A stretch of 62,034 nucleotides of DNA, filler included, from Choristocarpus tenellus KU-1152 (Eukaryota > Protista > Phaeophyceae): the NCBI GenBank assembly GCA_964200185.2. It is 8 parts of 8 records of this genome, joined end to end, with 100 filler letters (N's around TTAATTAATTAA, not from the genome) between each part and the next. Parts side by side here need not be neighbours in the genome. Positions count along the whole stretch, not along the records: positions 12,027 to 14,542 come from CAXNAD020027161.1; positions 14,643 to 32,382 come from CAXNAD020000632.1; 6 more parts are not named here. One strand, 5' to 3'. A model generated the notes under the pieces. That model made no database searches. It saw nothing but the letters and a program-made list of their open reading frames with translations, and had not been told where the DNA came from. Below are positions 12,269 through 24,230 of this stretch, piece after piece. Every line of letters starts with the position of its first letter. Position 1 is the first letter of the stretch. A program made the translations under genes and the position numbers.

Positions 12269-14542
12269 ATGGAGACCCTGGAGCGGGTAAACATCACCAC
12301 GGTTAAGAAGGTCCTGGGCAGGTTCTGCACCACCCACACAATCGCCCTCATGCACACAGTGGATCTCCTGATACATGAGGTAATTGCCCCAAGGCTGGAA
12401 GGGGGGACAACAACAATAGGGATTATCAGAGCGTCTAAACCTTTCCACATGATCTCTAGCCTCTTACTGGCAAATGATGGAAAGTTCTCAAGGGAGGAAA
12501 GGGTTGCCCGGGTGGCTTCAAGAAACATCCAAGAGCTAGTTGCATGGCTACTAGAAAGTTCCCAGAGGACCCCAAATCCCGCCAGGAACGCGCTGCAGCT
12601 CTGGGTACCATGGAGTAATTTCCAAGGGGGCGAACGTGCTCCTAGCACAACCCAGAGCCCCAGGGATGGAAGAGACTACAGTGTACTGGTTCCAGCAACT
12701 CAGCACCAGGTCCTGACGGGATGCGCCCTAGCCACATCAGATCAGCCATCACGACAGATGTTGGTGTCAAAGAAGTGACGGAGGTATTTGCAAAATTATG
12801 GGAGCTAGCCTACACCTCCCCAGACTTACTACCACTAGAGTTCTGTACACTTCACACAAACTCCAGACTGTCCGCAATTGGGGAGAAGTGTCGCCCGGTT
12901 GCCTGCGGATCTTTTTTCAGAAGGGCATGTGCTTCAACTTTCTGCACAGACTGGCGCCCCTACCTAGAGGAATTTTTCGGTGGAATAGGACAATTTGGCG
13001 TCGGGGTCCCATATGGCATAGAACATGCACTCCTAGATATCCACCTGAGGAATGAGTGCGGAGAATGGGTCATCAGTTTGGACGGAAGAAATGCTTTCAA
13101 CAGCGTACATCACTCAGATTTCATCCAGGCCCTCCAAGAGACTCTACCAGGACTCCTATCTTATCTCTTCAAGGTATATGGGGACACACGCAATCTTCTT
13201 TTCCCCCTGGATGAGGGAGGGATGAAGATCCTGCCATCAAGATCTGGGGCACAACAGGGAGACCCACTGGGCTCCCTCTTATATTGCATGGCAACACACA
13301 AGGCCTTGCAACAGGTCCAATATGTTTTTGGACTCCAAGGGATATCCTCCCGAGGCTACCTGGATGACACGTCCATATCAGCAAGAGAGATAGGCCTTAA
13401 CACCATAGTTGCTTTCGAGCAGTTAAAAACTAACCTCCATGATGTATAGGCATTGATCTAAATATGATGAAGACCTTTGCCGCACCTCCCCAGGGCCACC
13501 AACCCATGCTCTCGGAACTGGAGCTTCTCTCTACAGCGGGAGTCAACCTAACCCCGAACCCCAATGGTTTTGTCACTCTAGGGGCTCCTGGGGGAACAGA
13601 TGGTTTTATTCAAGGTCATATGGCTGAGGTGGTCGAGAGCTCTGGGACACGAGCTTTGGCCACACACTTCAGCGAGATGGAGAACAAACAGGTGGCCTGG
13701 CTCCTCAACTCCTGATCTCTCTCCTCCCGGCTAGGCTATCTAGTGAGGGTCACCCCCCCTCCTGGCACGCTCCACCATGGAGCAAGCAGACAACACCTCG
13801 CTATGGACACTAGAGAGAATAATGGAGGCGGAAGACTGGACAGAGGCTACAGATTTCTTTGAAGGAGGGTGCAACAATGGGTCTCTCCGCCTAGAGACCC
13901 ACAAACAAGTACAGGCACAGATGCCTGCAAGTGCAGAGGGTCTGGGCCTCTACTCTATGAAACACCACCAACATGCGGCTTTCGTAGGATCACTTGTGGC
14001 TACTCTCCCCACCCTCCTAGCAAGGCAGCAAGGGTCTCATGGCGCGTCCTTCTCGCAAGCTATCTGCACAAGCCCCACAATACAGGCCTTAGGATCATCC
14101 ATACACTCCCTCCTTTCCACAGATGTCCCCTCAGAACACCTTGCAGAAATCATTGGGCAAGATTGGGTAACCTGGGGAGGAACAACACCCCCTGCACCTG
14201 CCCCAGAGGTACATATCCTGGCTGCTCATGACGCCAGGATCACAAGGAGGGTTAAACATGAGATCACACGTCTCCGGAACAAGATCCGTTTTGACTCCTT
14301 CAGGACACAACTGGCCGGCCTACCAAGCGAGGTACACCAAGGGAGGGAAAGCTCCTCTTTGATACTAGCACGCCACTGGAGTCAGTTTGGACAAGGGGGG
14401 CCTTGACTCAACCTCTGGAACCAGCATGCCAGATCCCCCTTCTGGAATTTAAGTCAGCAGATTCCTAGGGAGGGAAGAGGCCCTCTCCAACAGGTGTCCA
14501 GTGGCAGGGTGCAGGAGGCAAAATGTTGATACCAGACATGCC
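12269..14542 (+). mobile_element. CRE-clade (R2 group) non-LTR retrotransposon, disrupted RT ORF, truncated by spacer
   Basis: RT motifs RPVACGSFFRR, QFGVGVPYG, LDGRNAFNSV, SGAQQGDPLGSLLY and YLDD (12721-13449). Thumb region VTLGAPGGT and the GLGL motif follow, and a CCHC finger starts at RCPVAGC...DTRHA (~14493-14542). In-frame stops at 13447 and 13713 plus frameshifts. Confidence 0.9.
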
Positions 14543-15005
14543 NNNNNNNNNNNNNNNNNNNNNNNNNNNNNNNNNNNNNNNNNNNNTTAATTAATTAANN
14601 NNNNNNNNNNNNNNNNNNNNNNNNNNNNNNNNNNNNNNNNNNCCCCCCCCCCCCCAGATACTTTAGGTCTGTGATGCGATCTACTGTTGTACCAATAAAC
14701 CCAAATTTCCACACCAACACCTATTTACCTGCCTCTTCTAAAGCTCGAAGGTCCAGATTCACAAACGCCAATGATTTCTTTGAGCTTTCAAGGTGTATCG
14801 GTATTTATCTGTCTAATTCAAATTATCGCGATATAATCGATCCGATATATGTGAAATAGCAGTCAATGACGGCAGATATGCCACAAACTCGCCAGCAGGC
14901 AGTCAAGGGTCAAGGTACCTATCACAATATATTTTCTCAAACCAACTACCTTGTCGAGGTCTTCTTGAGTGTGAGGTCTGGACTCACTGTCCCACGGTCC
15001 TGCAC

Positions 15006-18000
15006 ATGCGGACGAAATTGGTTTTCCTCTCTCTCTCAGGAGCAGCTGCTATTGTCCAGCCAAGGAGTTTCCTACCTCAGATGCGCATGGGGACACCATC
15101 ATTGGCACCTCCGTATGGACAAGGAACGAGAGTTTGCATCGTCGGTGGAGGGCCGGCAGGGGCGCTTGCAGCACTTTATCTTGCTCATCCTAGTCGCGGC
15201 TTCCATGTCGATGTGTTCGAGACTATGACAGAGGAAGAGCTTGCGAGAAGGACCTCACGGTCCTACAATGTCGTCATTTTCCGGAGAGGTCTTGAAGCTT
15301 TGCAACTAGCAGGTGTGGACCTGCAAGACCAGGTGATTATTGTACTTGTTGTTTGGTTCTATTTACTGAACCTAATTGCAACCCTAATTTCCGATTTCAC
15401 TCCATAAGTTCGTTACAGCGTGTTGGTGTATCCATGGTTTCCAACTTTATTATCCTGCATAAACGCTCCATGCTCCGAAGGTGATAGCTAGTAATGCGGT
15501 ACGTCTTTCCGGGAACGTCCGTCATTCAACGGTTGATGACACAGTTAAGATCAATAAGGGCTTTGCTCAGGCGATAAGCATGGAGCGAGGGGACTTGGCC
15601 TACACAATTCTGACCAAAGCCAGTCAGCTCCCCAATGTGAGATTTTTCTATGGGCATCAGCTACAGTCGGTCGACCTCCCAAGCAGGTGCGTACACTACC
15701 AAGATCCCCCTCCCTCGGACAAGGACTGCTATCATCGGCCATTACTCGTAAGATGGTTCCGTAGGAGCTACGACCTTTCTGCTCTTTCTACTTGTCGTGG
15801 TGTCCACATATGCTTTGGTTATTACATAGTACATGTGATTATTGCGCTCCTACACTTAGTGCAATCAATGCCGTCTCTCACTCTTTTTTCCTGTGATCAC
15901 AGCTCTGCAACTTTTGAAGTCCTAGGTGGTGAGGAGAAGAAATTCGAATATGACATGATTTTGGGGGCAGACGGTGTCAACAGTCGTGTGCGCCAGGCCC
16001 TAGTTGATGGCAGCCTTGATTTCGTCGTCAGGAAACGACAGGTGCATGCCCTTTATCACAACTTCTGTGTTGAATACTCCATTTTCCTTTGGTTCTCACA
16101 TTTTTTCCTGCTCCTAGAAGAGGCGGGCACTTCATCTTCATCCTACTGCAATTGTTACTCACCTGATTCTGTATTACCATATGGGGACTTTTGTGCTTGG
16201 TTGTCTTGTCATCTTGGACCCCCTAGATGTGCTTGAACTTTTATGCAGCGCCAGATTTTGGTGTACCTATGGGGAAGGTTTGGGAAACTCAGGGGTGGAA
16301 GCACCTTGTAACCCTGCCTGTGACTAACTGTGCTAATATCTTGAATATATCCTCCAGGACTTCATGGAGTTCAAAACTTTCACAGTTGGGCGCATAATGG
16401 ACCTACCTGGGGCACAAGATGGTTGGGATTCATGCTTCCATGTATGGAAATCTAGTGTAGGCGACATTCTTGGCCCACCACGAGCAGGTGTGCACAACAG
16501 TTGCTATTAGCCCAATATTAAACAAGCAAACTATGCCTTCGTCTGTTGAGGATTGTGACCTAACACACTGGACCCCCTCTATTTACATCTTCCTGGCTTT
16601 CTGTTGTCAGATGGGAGCTTCTCTGGTACTTGCATACTTCCAAGAGAAGGAGAGAACTCCTTCAAATCGCTTATGCAGGCGCCTGCTGATGTGCAATCCT
16701 TTTTTAGCAAGAACTACCCCTCTGTCTTTGGTGACAAGGGGCCAAGTAGTGAATTTGTGGAGGAATTTTTCAAACAAAGGTACAGGACAGAATGTACTCA
16801 TTTCAAAAACAATCCAAGATGCTCCATATAATTCATTTGAAGGAAATATTCACTTTGCATTGCTGAGCATGGTACTGCCATCACAATGACGTTGTTGGTT
16901 TCAAAGCTGATAGTATATTTACTTGTTACAACCTGTTGTACACCTACAATGTGCAAGGGGGAGTGAGTGAAATCAGGGCTGATTCTTTTAATGGGCCTGG
17001 GTTATCTGCCCTTTACCCTGGTTCTCATTGAAGTTGCAACCCTTGGTTTTGCAGGCCATCATACATGAAGAGTACATACTGTTCCCGTTTAACTCAGGGG
17101 TGTGTTGCTCTGGTAGGTGATGCAGCCCACTCCATGTGGGCATCTCTGGGGCAGGGTGTCAATGCAGCCATGGGTGAGGTGCTGTGTTCCTTGGTATTGT
17201 GGTCTCCTTTCATAGGTTGTTGAGTGCAGGCTGACCTGTTAGTTCTGAAGTCAGGCCTCACTAGGTATGACACGCGTTGATGCCCTTTTTCGTTCCCTGA
17301 ATGCCTCTTCCTCGTAATCAGAGGATTGCCAGGTCTTGGCAGAAGTTTTGGATTCATGGGCCTCACAAGCTGAAGGTACGGGGGGAGCATTCAACATCTC
17401 AGCATCCTTAGAGGCATACAATGATCGCAGGTTGGATGATGCTATCGCTGTTACTGAGCTCAGTGAAGTGGGAGTTTCTCGGTCCTCTCCAACCATCAAG
17501 AGTGGCTTCATCGTAACACTGCTGTTCCACCGATTCCTTGGATTCCTTGCTCCCAAGGTTAGTATGGCATATTGTTTCTCTTTTATCTCTTTATGTGTGT
17601 GTCTAAGCGTGATCGTGCACTGTGTGCGACTGTATGTGTAGGGGAGTGCCCCTCTGGTGTTGAAATTGTCGATAATGTGGTCATTGGTTGCTTGAAATTC
17701 AGTAAAGTGGGCGATTGTTGCCATGAAAAATATGACTGTCGGTAGGACAATGCAACAGTTGTACTTCAAATATTTGACTATAGTCTAGGTTACACACACT
17801 TCCTAATATTTACTAGTTTCCTTTGAAGTCATGCTGCCCTTTTGGCCAAACTGCAGCAATAAGTGCAGATTACCTCTCTTGTACTGTACCTCAATCATTT
17901 CCTCGGATAAAGACATCTAGATGAACTGAATTATCAACTTTGAGATATGTCTCCACTTGGTACAATGCATTGCTTCAACATGCATATTTTTAAAAACATG

Positions 18001-18223
18001 CAAACACCACGATAAACATGCCCCCACTTCTGCAAAGGTTTTCCGAGAGCCAATATTAATGTCGATCTCCAAGCCCGGAGTCAGTTACTCAGAAATCAAA
18101 CGTGGTGCACAAAAGGAGGCCAGGAGAGGAGCAGCGGTTGTCTTGGTAGTTTTGGCAGTAGGTGTTACTGCCATTGTGCGGAGGGTGGTACCTCTTGTGC
18201 TGGCAGCCTTCAGGCCAGGATGA
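15006..18223 (+). CDS. FAD-dependent monooxygenase, kynurenine 3-monooxygenase-like (503 aa, 8 exons)
   Basis: Exons 15006-15332, 15481-15686, 15903-16041, 16358-16487, 16611-16779, 17055-17173, 17322-17557 and 18038-18223 are all GT-AG, phase-consistent and total 1512 nt. Motifs are IVGGGPAG, GADGVNSRVR, DGSF and LVGDAAHSMWASLGQGVNAAMED, with a C-terminal hydrophobic helix and a hydrophobic N-terminus. Confidence 0.9.
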
Positions 18224-19470
18224 GCTAATTTTGATGTAAGATGGATCTTCTTGGACCGTGATAGCAACACATGATGAGGACAACAGTAAACATTGTGTTG
18301 TGGCTGAAGGGAGTCAACAATTTGCTTTCACAGTGGTGTTCAAGGTTTGAAATCTAAACTCCTAACTCCTAACTCCTAATACACATTCTACTCTCCCTTT
18401 GCCATCGCCTCTTCCACCGTACTTATCTTTGTGTTTGGCCCAAAGTCTTAGCTCGATGAAATTGTGGGTTAGAGGGAACGGCTGTTCTACTCTTCAGGTC
18501 ATGCCACGAGTGGTACCCTCTTATTCGAAACAATTGTCCTGTTTCTTGCCATTGGCAAATATAGGTGTATCTTCCAAAGAGGAGATGGTTACACTTTGTG
18601 TTAATGTAAACTATCTGTAAACTTTTCGTGTTGGAGCAAAATTGACCGAGAATTTTTTGACCATTTCCACTAGTACTGCAACTGCTGACCTTTTAAGATC
18701 TGATGCGTTCACTCAAATGACATGGAAATCACCACAGGGTCACAATGGATGCCTATCATCCCACTAGGATACTAATACATATTAATATCTCCATTCTATG
18801 TACTATACATTTATACATGGTACTGCTATACATGTTCTTACTTACGTACGAAAGTCTTGGCAAATTGGATGAGATAGACAGCTTTTGGAGTGATACGTCA
18901 ATACCTAAGAGCACCTTGAAGTACTACCAAAGTACTTGCAGTAAGCTATATGTATCAAGGAGGAATCAAATGTATGGAGTATATATATATATATATGTTC
19001 CTTGCTTATGACATGGCATGCCTTTGATTACAAGTTCTGTCAAAAAGGTGAGTATTCTTCCAGTTTCATGGTATCCTACACTACCTTAGTATCAAATATA
19101 GCCAATAAACCTTTGGATTGGTGGTTTTGAAGCCAAATGGGAGATTCCTGCCGGTCATACATTTTATTTATTTTGAGAAATCGGTAAAATGTTGTGAAGC
19201 ACACACTGTCAATAAAAATATGTAATGGTGGCAACATACATGAAATACTCAATACCATCGTCGGTTTCATTCTCAGTCGTACTACTTGCCTACACTTGAC
19301 AATTTTATGTTTGTCACTTTGTGTAAGAGTACTATGTGGAAGAATTGACTTGTTCAGAGAGTTGACTTGATGAAATCCTTCGTTCTTGTTTGTGATCCAA
19401 ATAGCTTCGTGATAAACAGTGTGTCACTCCCTGTCTCTCATCACTACGTGTACAGTCTACTGCTGCCATC

Positions 19471-19657
19471 TATAACAGCAGATTTCAAAAATTGAGGATG
19501 GGCTTGACCCAAAATTGACTGGGATAAAGTGTCGATATATATTTTTTTTTAATGTAATACAAAAAAAAACATATCGACACTTTATCCCAGTCAATTTTGG
19601 GTCAAGCTCATTCTCAATGAAAAGCTCCATCCTCAATTTTTGGAATCTGCTGTTCTA
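19471..19657. mobile_element. Fold-back (near-perfect hairpin) element, probable MITE
   Basis: The left arm aacagcagatttcaaaaattgaggatgggcttgacccaaaattgactgggataaagtgtcgatat pairs with the right arm atatcgacactttatcccagtcaattttgggtcaagc...catcctcaatttttggaatctgctgtt; TA at both outer ends. Confidence 0.75.
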
Positions 19658-19739
19658 GGTATCTCACTTCTACCTAACCACATCGGCATTTTCTAATCTA
19701 AAGAAGTTCTGCCCCCCTTCTCCAAACACAGTGGCATCA

Positions 19740-20980
19740 TTGTTGACTGCACTCTAAAGCATCCCCACCCCATTAACAAGGCATAAAACAGAATTGGGCG
19801 ACCTTAGAACCTAGAACAGAACTTTTGCTAACAATTTGTTTGGATTGGGCAATCGAAGTCTTGTATGCAAGTATGTCTCCATCTTGAACTTCAAAAACTG
19901 AAAATTTGGAAGTGCCAAGCATTTCATGCAGATATGACGTTTGAAAATACAGAAGTCGGAGTGAACAATTGCAGGTTGCAAAATGGTATCATTCACTATT
20001 TTGTATGGAATAGTCACAATATTTTTCTTCAAATTGCCCCGACAGCAATCTTGTTCAAAATTCATTTCCAAACATTGTTTACCTTTGGGTCGAATCTTTT
20101 TTTACGACCTCCTTCAAACTATATTTTGCGAGAAAGATGTAGAGTAAGTACTACATCCTAGGAAACATTTCAAACAAGCACATATTGCAGTGGTTGAAGT
20201 TACACATCCACTACATATTAATATTGCACCCGTACATTTGTATACACAACAAACAGCTAGGCCCTGAGGGTTCTTACATACATATTACATACGCATACCT
20301 GCTACTCTTCTCAGGTTAGTCACTGGTTTGCATGTAGACGAAAGTTTGTCCCATTGTTTTCCTGCACCTTCTAAAAATTGTACTCTCCAAGACAGGTGGT
20401 TACAAGGCAGAAAAAGGATCCTCGAAAATCTGAGCAGCATGTCACCACAAAGTTTGTGGTGCCATACTCCCACCATACACTGCCAATGCAAGCTTATTTG
20501 TCAAAGACCATCAGGTCTCCCTTCCGTATCACCACAAAGCAAAATAGAACCAATGGGACTAGTAATGCCAAGCTGACAGTGAATATGAACACTACACAGA
20601 AACAAAAAATAGGTTTTGAGTGAAACATTGTGGGAATGGTGTTGTCTTTGCCATATTGTATCATGCTGGTCCAGACTCATTGATGCCAATATCTAGGTGG
20701 TAACATAAAACCCATTTCCCTCTTCTGTGCCAGCAACATTATCTCGTGTTCATCCCACCACAGCAGTCAAGCACATGAAGCAATAGTAGATTGCACTAGA
20801 TACTACTATACTGAGGGGAATTATATATTGAAGTTCTTTTGGATATCATATAAAACGAACTCTTCAAGATAGAAAACAAAAAAAATAGTATTGGAAACGT
20901 GGGGCAAGCTGGATCTTATCAAGTTGGTTTGAGGTCCTAACTCCAGGTGGAACCCAAGATACGGACCATTCAAGCCTCAA
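19740..20980 (+). mobile_element. Highly degenerate Ty3/gypsy pol remnant (RNase H, integrase, possible chromodomain)
   Basis: QNWATLE..ELLLTICLDWAIE (~19789-19857) resembles RNase H NYSxxExELLAIVWAI. A frameshifted PYH-PQS..NG motif lies at ~20525-20562, and a weak LIK...EP chromodomain-like trace at ~20910-20960. Confidence 0.4.
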
Positions 20981-21589
20981 TTTAGAGAAAATGCTTCAAC
21001 TGTAACATAGACTGGAGGCATTCAAGCTATAATCAAATCTGTTACACATGGATTCATCCCATCAAATATACAACAAATGAAAGCTGACATCCAAATATAT
21101 CAATCAAGCTATAGCAGCACCGTCCTCTCACAATACAGCATGCAATAGGTTACTTTGTCTGAAAAGGGGGAATAGTTCTATCCTTGAGGGATATATTTTT
21201 TGTTTTCATATTTACACGATCGTTTGGCCTATTTGTGATGTGAAATCTATGCCATTGAAATGATATACACAGGACCCACAGAATATATTTTTGGTCAAAT
21301 TGTTTCGGGTGGCAGTGAAGGAAACTTGAAGGAAAAATAAACTCTACTTGGAGTCCTCTGAGTGTTGCTGGGTCAGCTTCTGATAGTATTAAATTACAGT
21401 CTCAAATTCGTCACCTTCGACATTGCCAACTCCTAACCCTTCTACAAAATCTCATCCACTCCCCCTCTACGGCCTCTGTTGGTTTTACCAACTCTTCTGT
21501 ATTTTCAGCTAGTCCGGAACATTCGTGAGGTTCAATAAGTTTCCTCCAATATCTTGTCTTCTGTGTTGGAGTAATTTATCATCTCTCAC

Positions 21590-22080
21590 TGGGCATAAGC
21601 AACTAGATCATCACAGCCTGCTGGTTTTCACCCACAATCCGATCTCAGCTAGGGTCACTGTACCACCCCAGCCTTATCTGATCCCTTAACTTTGGCAATC
21701 AGTCTCCCATTCTGCCAGAACAACTCAATGGGCCGAAACCAATCAAGGCGGTGTCAAAATCATATCCCACCCCTTCTTACCATAAGAATTCTTAGTCTCA
21801 GCAATCTCGGTGTGGGACAAAGAGTTCCACCAACCCTCACTGATGGGCACCCCATTTCTTCCTCACTGCAACCAGCGAGCCCTTGCCTGATCTTTGCTTG
21901 ACCTCTCCCTCTTGTTGTGCAGTGTCCCCATGACTGCAGGACCTCGAAGGTCAACCCTCTCAACCTCATACTTTAGGAATTTGCCACTGCAGGACTCCTT
22001 GCTCGGGGTATCGATAGATCAAGATTGACATTGCGTCACAAAACCAAACCCTGTCAGATTGTTTGTCTAGTATCATTCTG
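21590..22080 (-). mobile_element. Degenerate RNase H remnant, DIRS/Ngaro-like retrotransposon
   Basis: Minus-strand DRVWFCDAMS...EQGVLQWQIP (WxSDAS-type motif) and a downstream GENQQA(D)DL similar to G..N..AD.LSR. Confidence 0.35.
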
Positions 22081-24230
22081 CCTGACAACCAAGTATGGTC
22101 TTCCCTAGTGCCCTCATAATGAGGAAAACTATCAGGACTTCCAAAAGGACCCTCCAGTTTCTATGCAGGTGCCAACAGCTGGATATTTAGATACAGGCAT
22201 CAAGTGTTAAATTACCTTTGAAGCTCAAGTCTTAAGCTTTCACCCAATAATGTCATTGTAAGTAAACACCATACAGGGAAGGAGATAATTGCAAATACAG
22301 CTGATCAATTAAACCAAATTTCACAAAAAATAGAAAACTTGAAAAAATGCGTAGAAAGCAAGATAATAATGTTGACTACTTCTTCCCTCCACAATAGTCA
22401 CTGCAACATATTTACCTACCTCAACATACTCATTTACATACTAAATTTCTCCTCGTCTTCTGAGGCCCAAAACATCTTCAATAGAAATCTGCAACTACTT
22501 TCCCAAGAATGTGAAACTCTTTTCCTCAAGAACTACATCCTACACGGTGCTCTGTACACCCAAACACCAACCTAAAAGGACTCGCTCATCCATGGACGTC
22601 TGGCATTACAACTCTATGTTGCATCATTTCATGAAGTATGGGATTGGAAACTTTTAAGATACAGTCCACACAGTACACATACCAGACAGATATGTGTACA
22701 AAGTATTGAAAAGTAACGGGTCCATTCCCATGCCTTCCACTCTTCCCACTGCAGACCTTGATTCCCACAAACTTGGGGTGCCCTGGGCAGGCCTTTTAGG
22801 TCATCGCATATTGATCCCTATTTTGAGACAATCTGAAGTTCCCTCAAAGCAATCAATTCAAGTTCTTCATATATATTCTGGACCATTATTTGGTTGATAT
22901 CTTTCAGATTGGACAAATTCACTCAACATTGACCAAAACATCATCACCCATGATACATGGCTTGATGTTGGTGCTCTTTCACAGTTGATTGTTTCTGTGA
23001 CAGTGTACCTTCATACTTTGGTGTCATCCATGTAAGAGATCATGACCAGAGGTACCCATTTTCTACCTAACCTGCAAACGGGACAAAATAAAGCATGGTA
23101 AAAAAATAAAATACTCAAGAGTAGTGATCAAATAATACATGTGACACTATAAAATACACAATAGTCATTCCTGATAAATGAAAGTGTGGTGTAGAGTCTT
23201 TCAACAACTCGTTTGTTGAATTAAACCCTCCATCCTCTGGTGGGTTTAAAACAAAAGTAAGGCAAAATAAGAGTCAGGCCCACACTGTATCTCCCCTCAT
23301 ACATCAGTTAAATATGTGACAAATCATTTAGGTCAAATCAGTCCACCATCAACAACTCGCGTTATTGCATTAATAGTGTACATTGTATTGCAGCAAATTT
23401 ATAACCCTCTAGACTTGCATTGCTCTACTTGTCAAAGCAGGGGGGCTGCTGGAAGTCAGCCACAGCAGTGAGCACTTGGAAGTAACAAACACTTGGAAGT
23501 AACAAAGGGACAGGTATTTTACACAGCATCAATAAAAAATATCAGTAGGCTTGTCCACCTACCTGATGCCTCGACAAAATAGTAGTGCTGCACACACACA
23601 GTCTGCATCAGGTGAGTTTTGATTTCACGAAAAAAAGAGCAGTGAACAGCAGCATGCTGACCAAAGTATATCAATTCGGGGTGTACTTAGTGCATACTTG
23701 CCCCTGCCTGCCCTTCAAACAACCAACGCGTAATTGGTTGATTTGTTTTCATGGTATCCTTGTTAAAGCTCGTTCAAACAATATACATTGTGATGTTGGC
23801 ATTGCCGTAGTCGTCACAAAGGCACAGACAGGCGTTTACCTCATCAGCTTAGATTAAATGTAAGCGTAAGATAAAATATGTTACCTACACAAAGGAACTC
23901 ATACAAAGTTCCAATGCATGCCTTGTTTATCCCACCTCCTCATTAGGATAGATAGACATGGATGCGCCTGTAATGGAACACAGGGTCAAGTTGCAGGAGT
24001 GCGAGGGGCACACAACTGTCATTCTTAGCTAAAAAACTTCTTTGCTCACAACAATCATCACTCAGCAGCGAATAGGTGATCCTAAGAAGAAACCTGTGTT
24101 CAACATGAAATACAAAATCACTGCTCACATCCCAAATGTGTGTACATGGACAGACTGGCTGGAGATACTTTAGACTCGCCTGTATACAAACAGCAACCAC
24201 GTCTGCTCTTCAATCCTGGGAAAAGAGCAA

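Noticed and set aside
15481-16236. 251-aa ORF as a standalone protein
   Set aside because: It is read-through of two exons and introns of the spliced monooxygenase gene.
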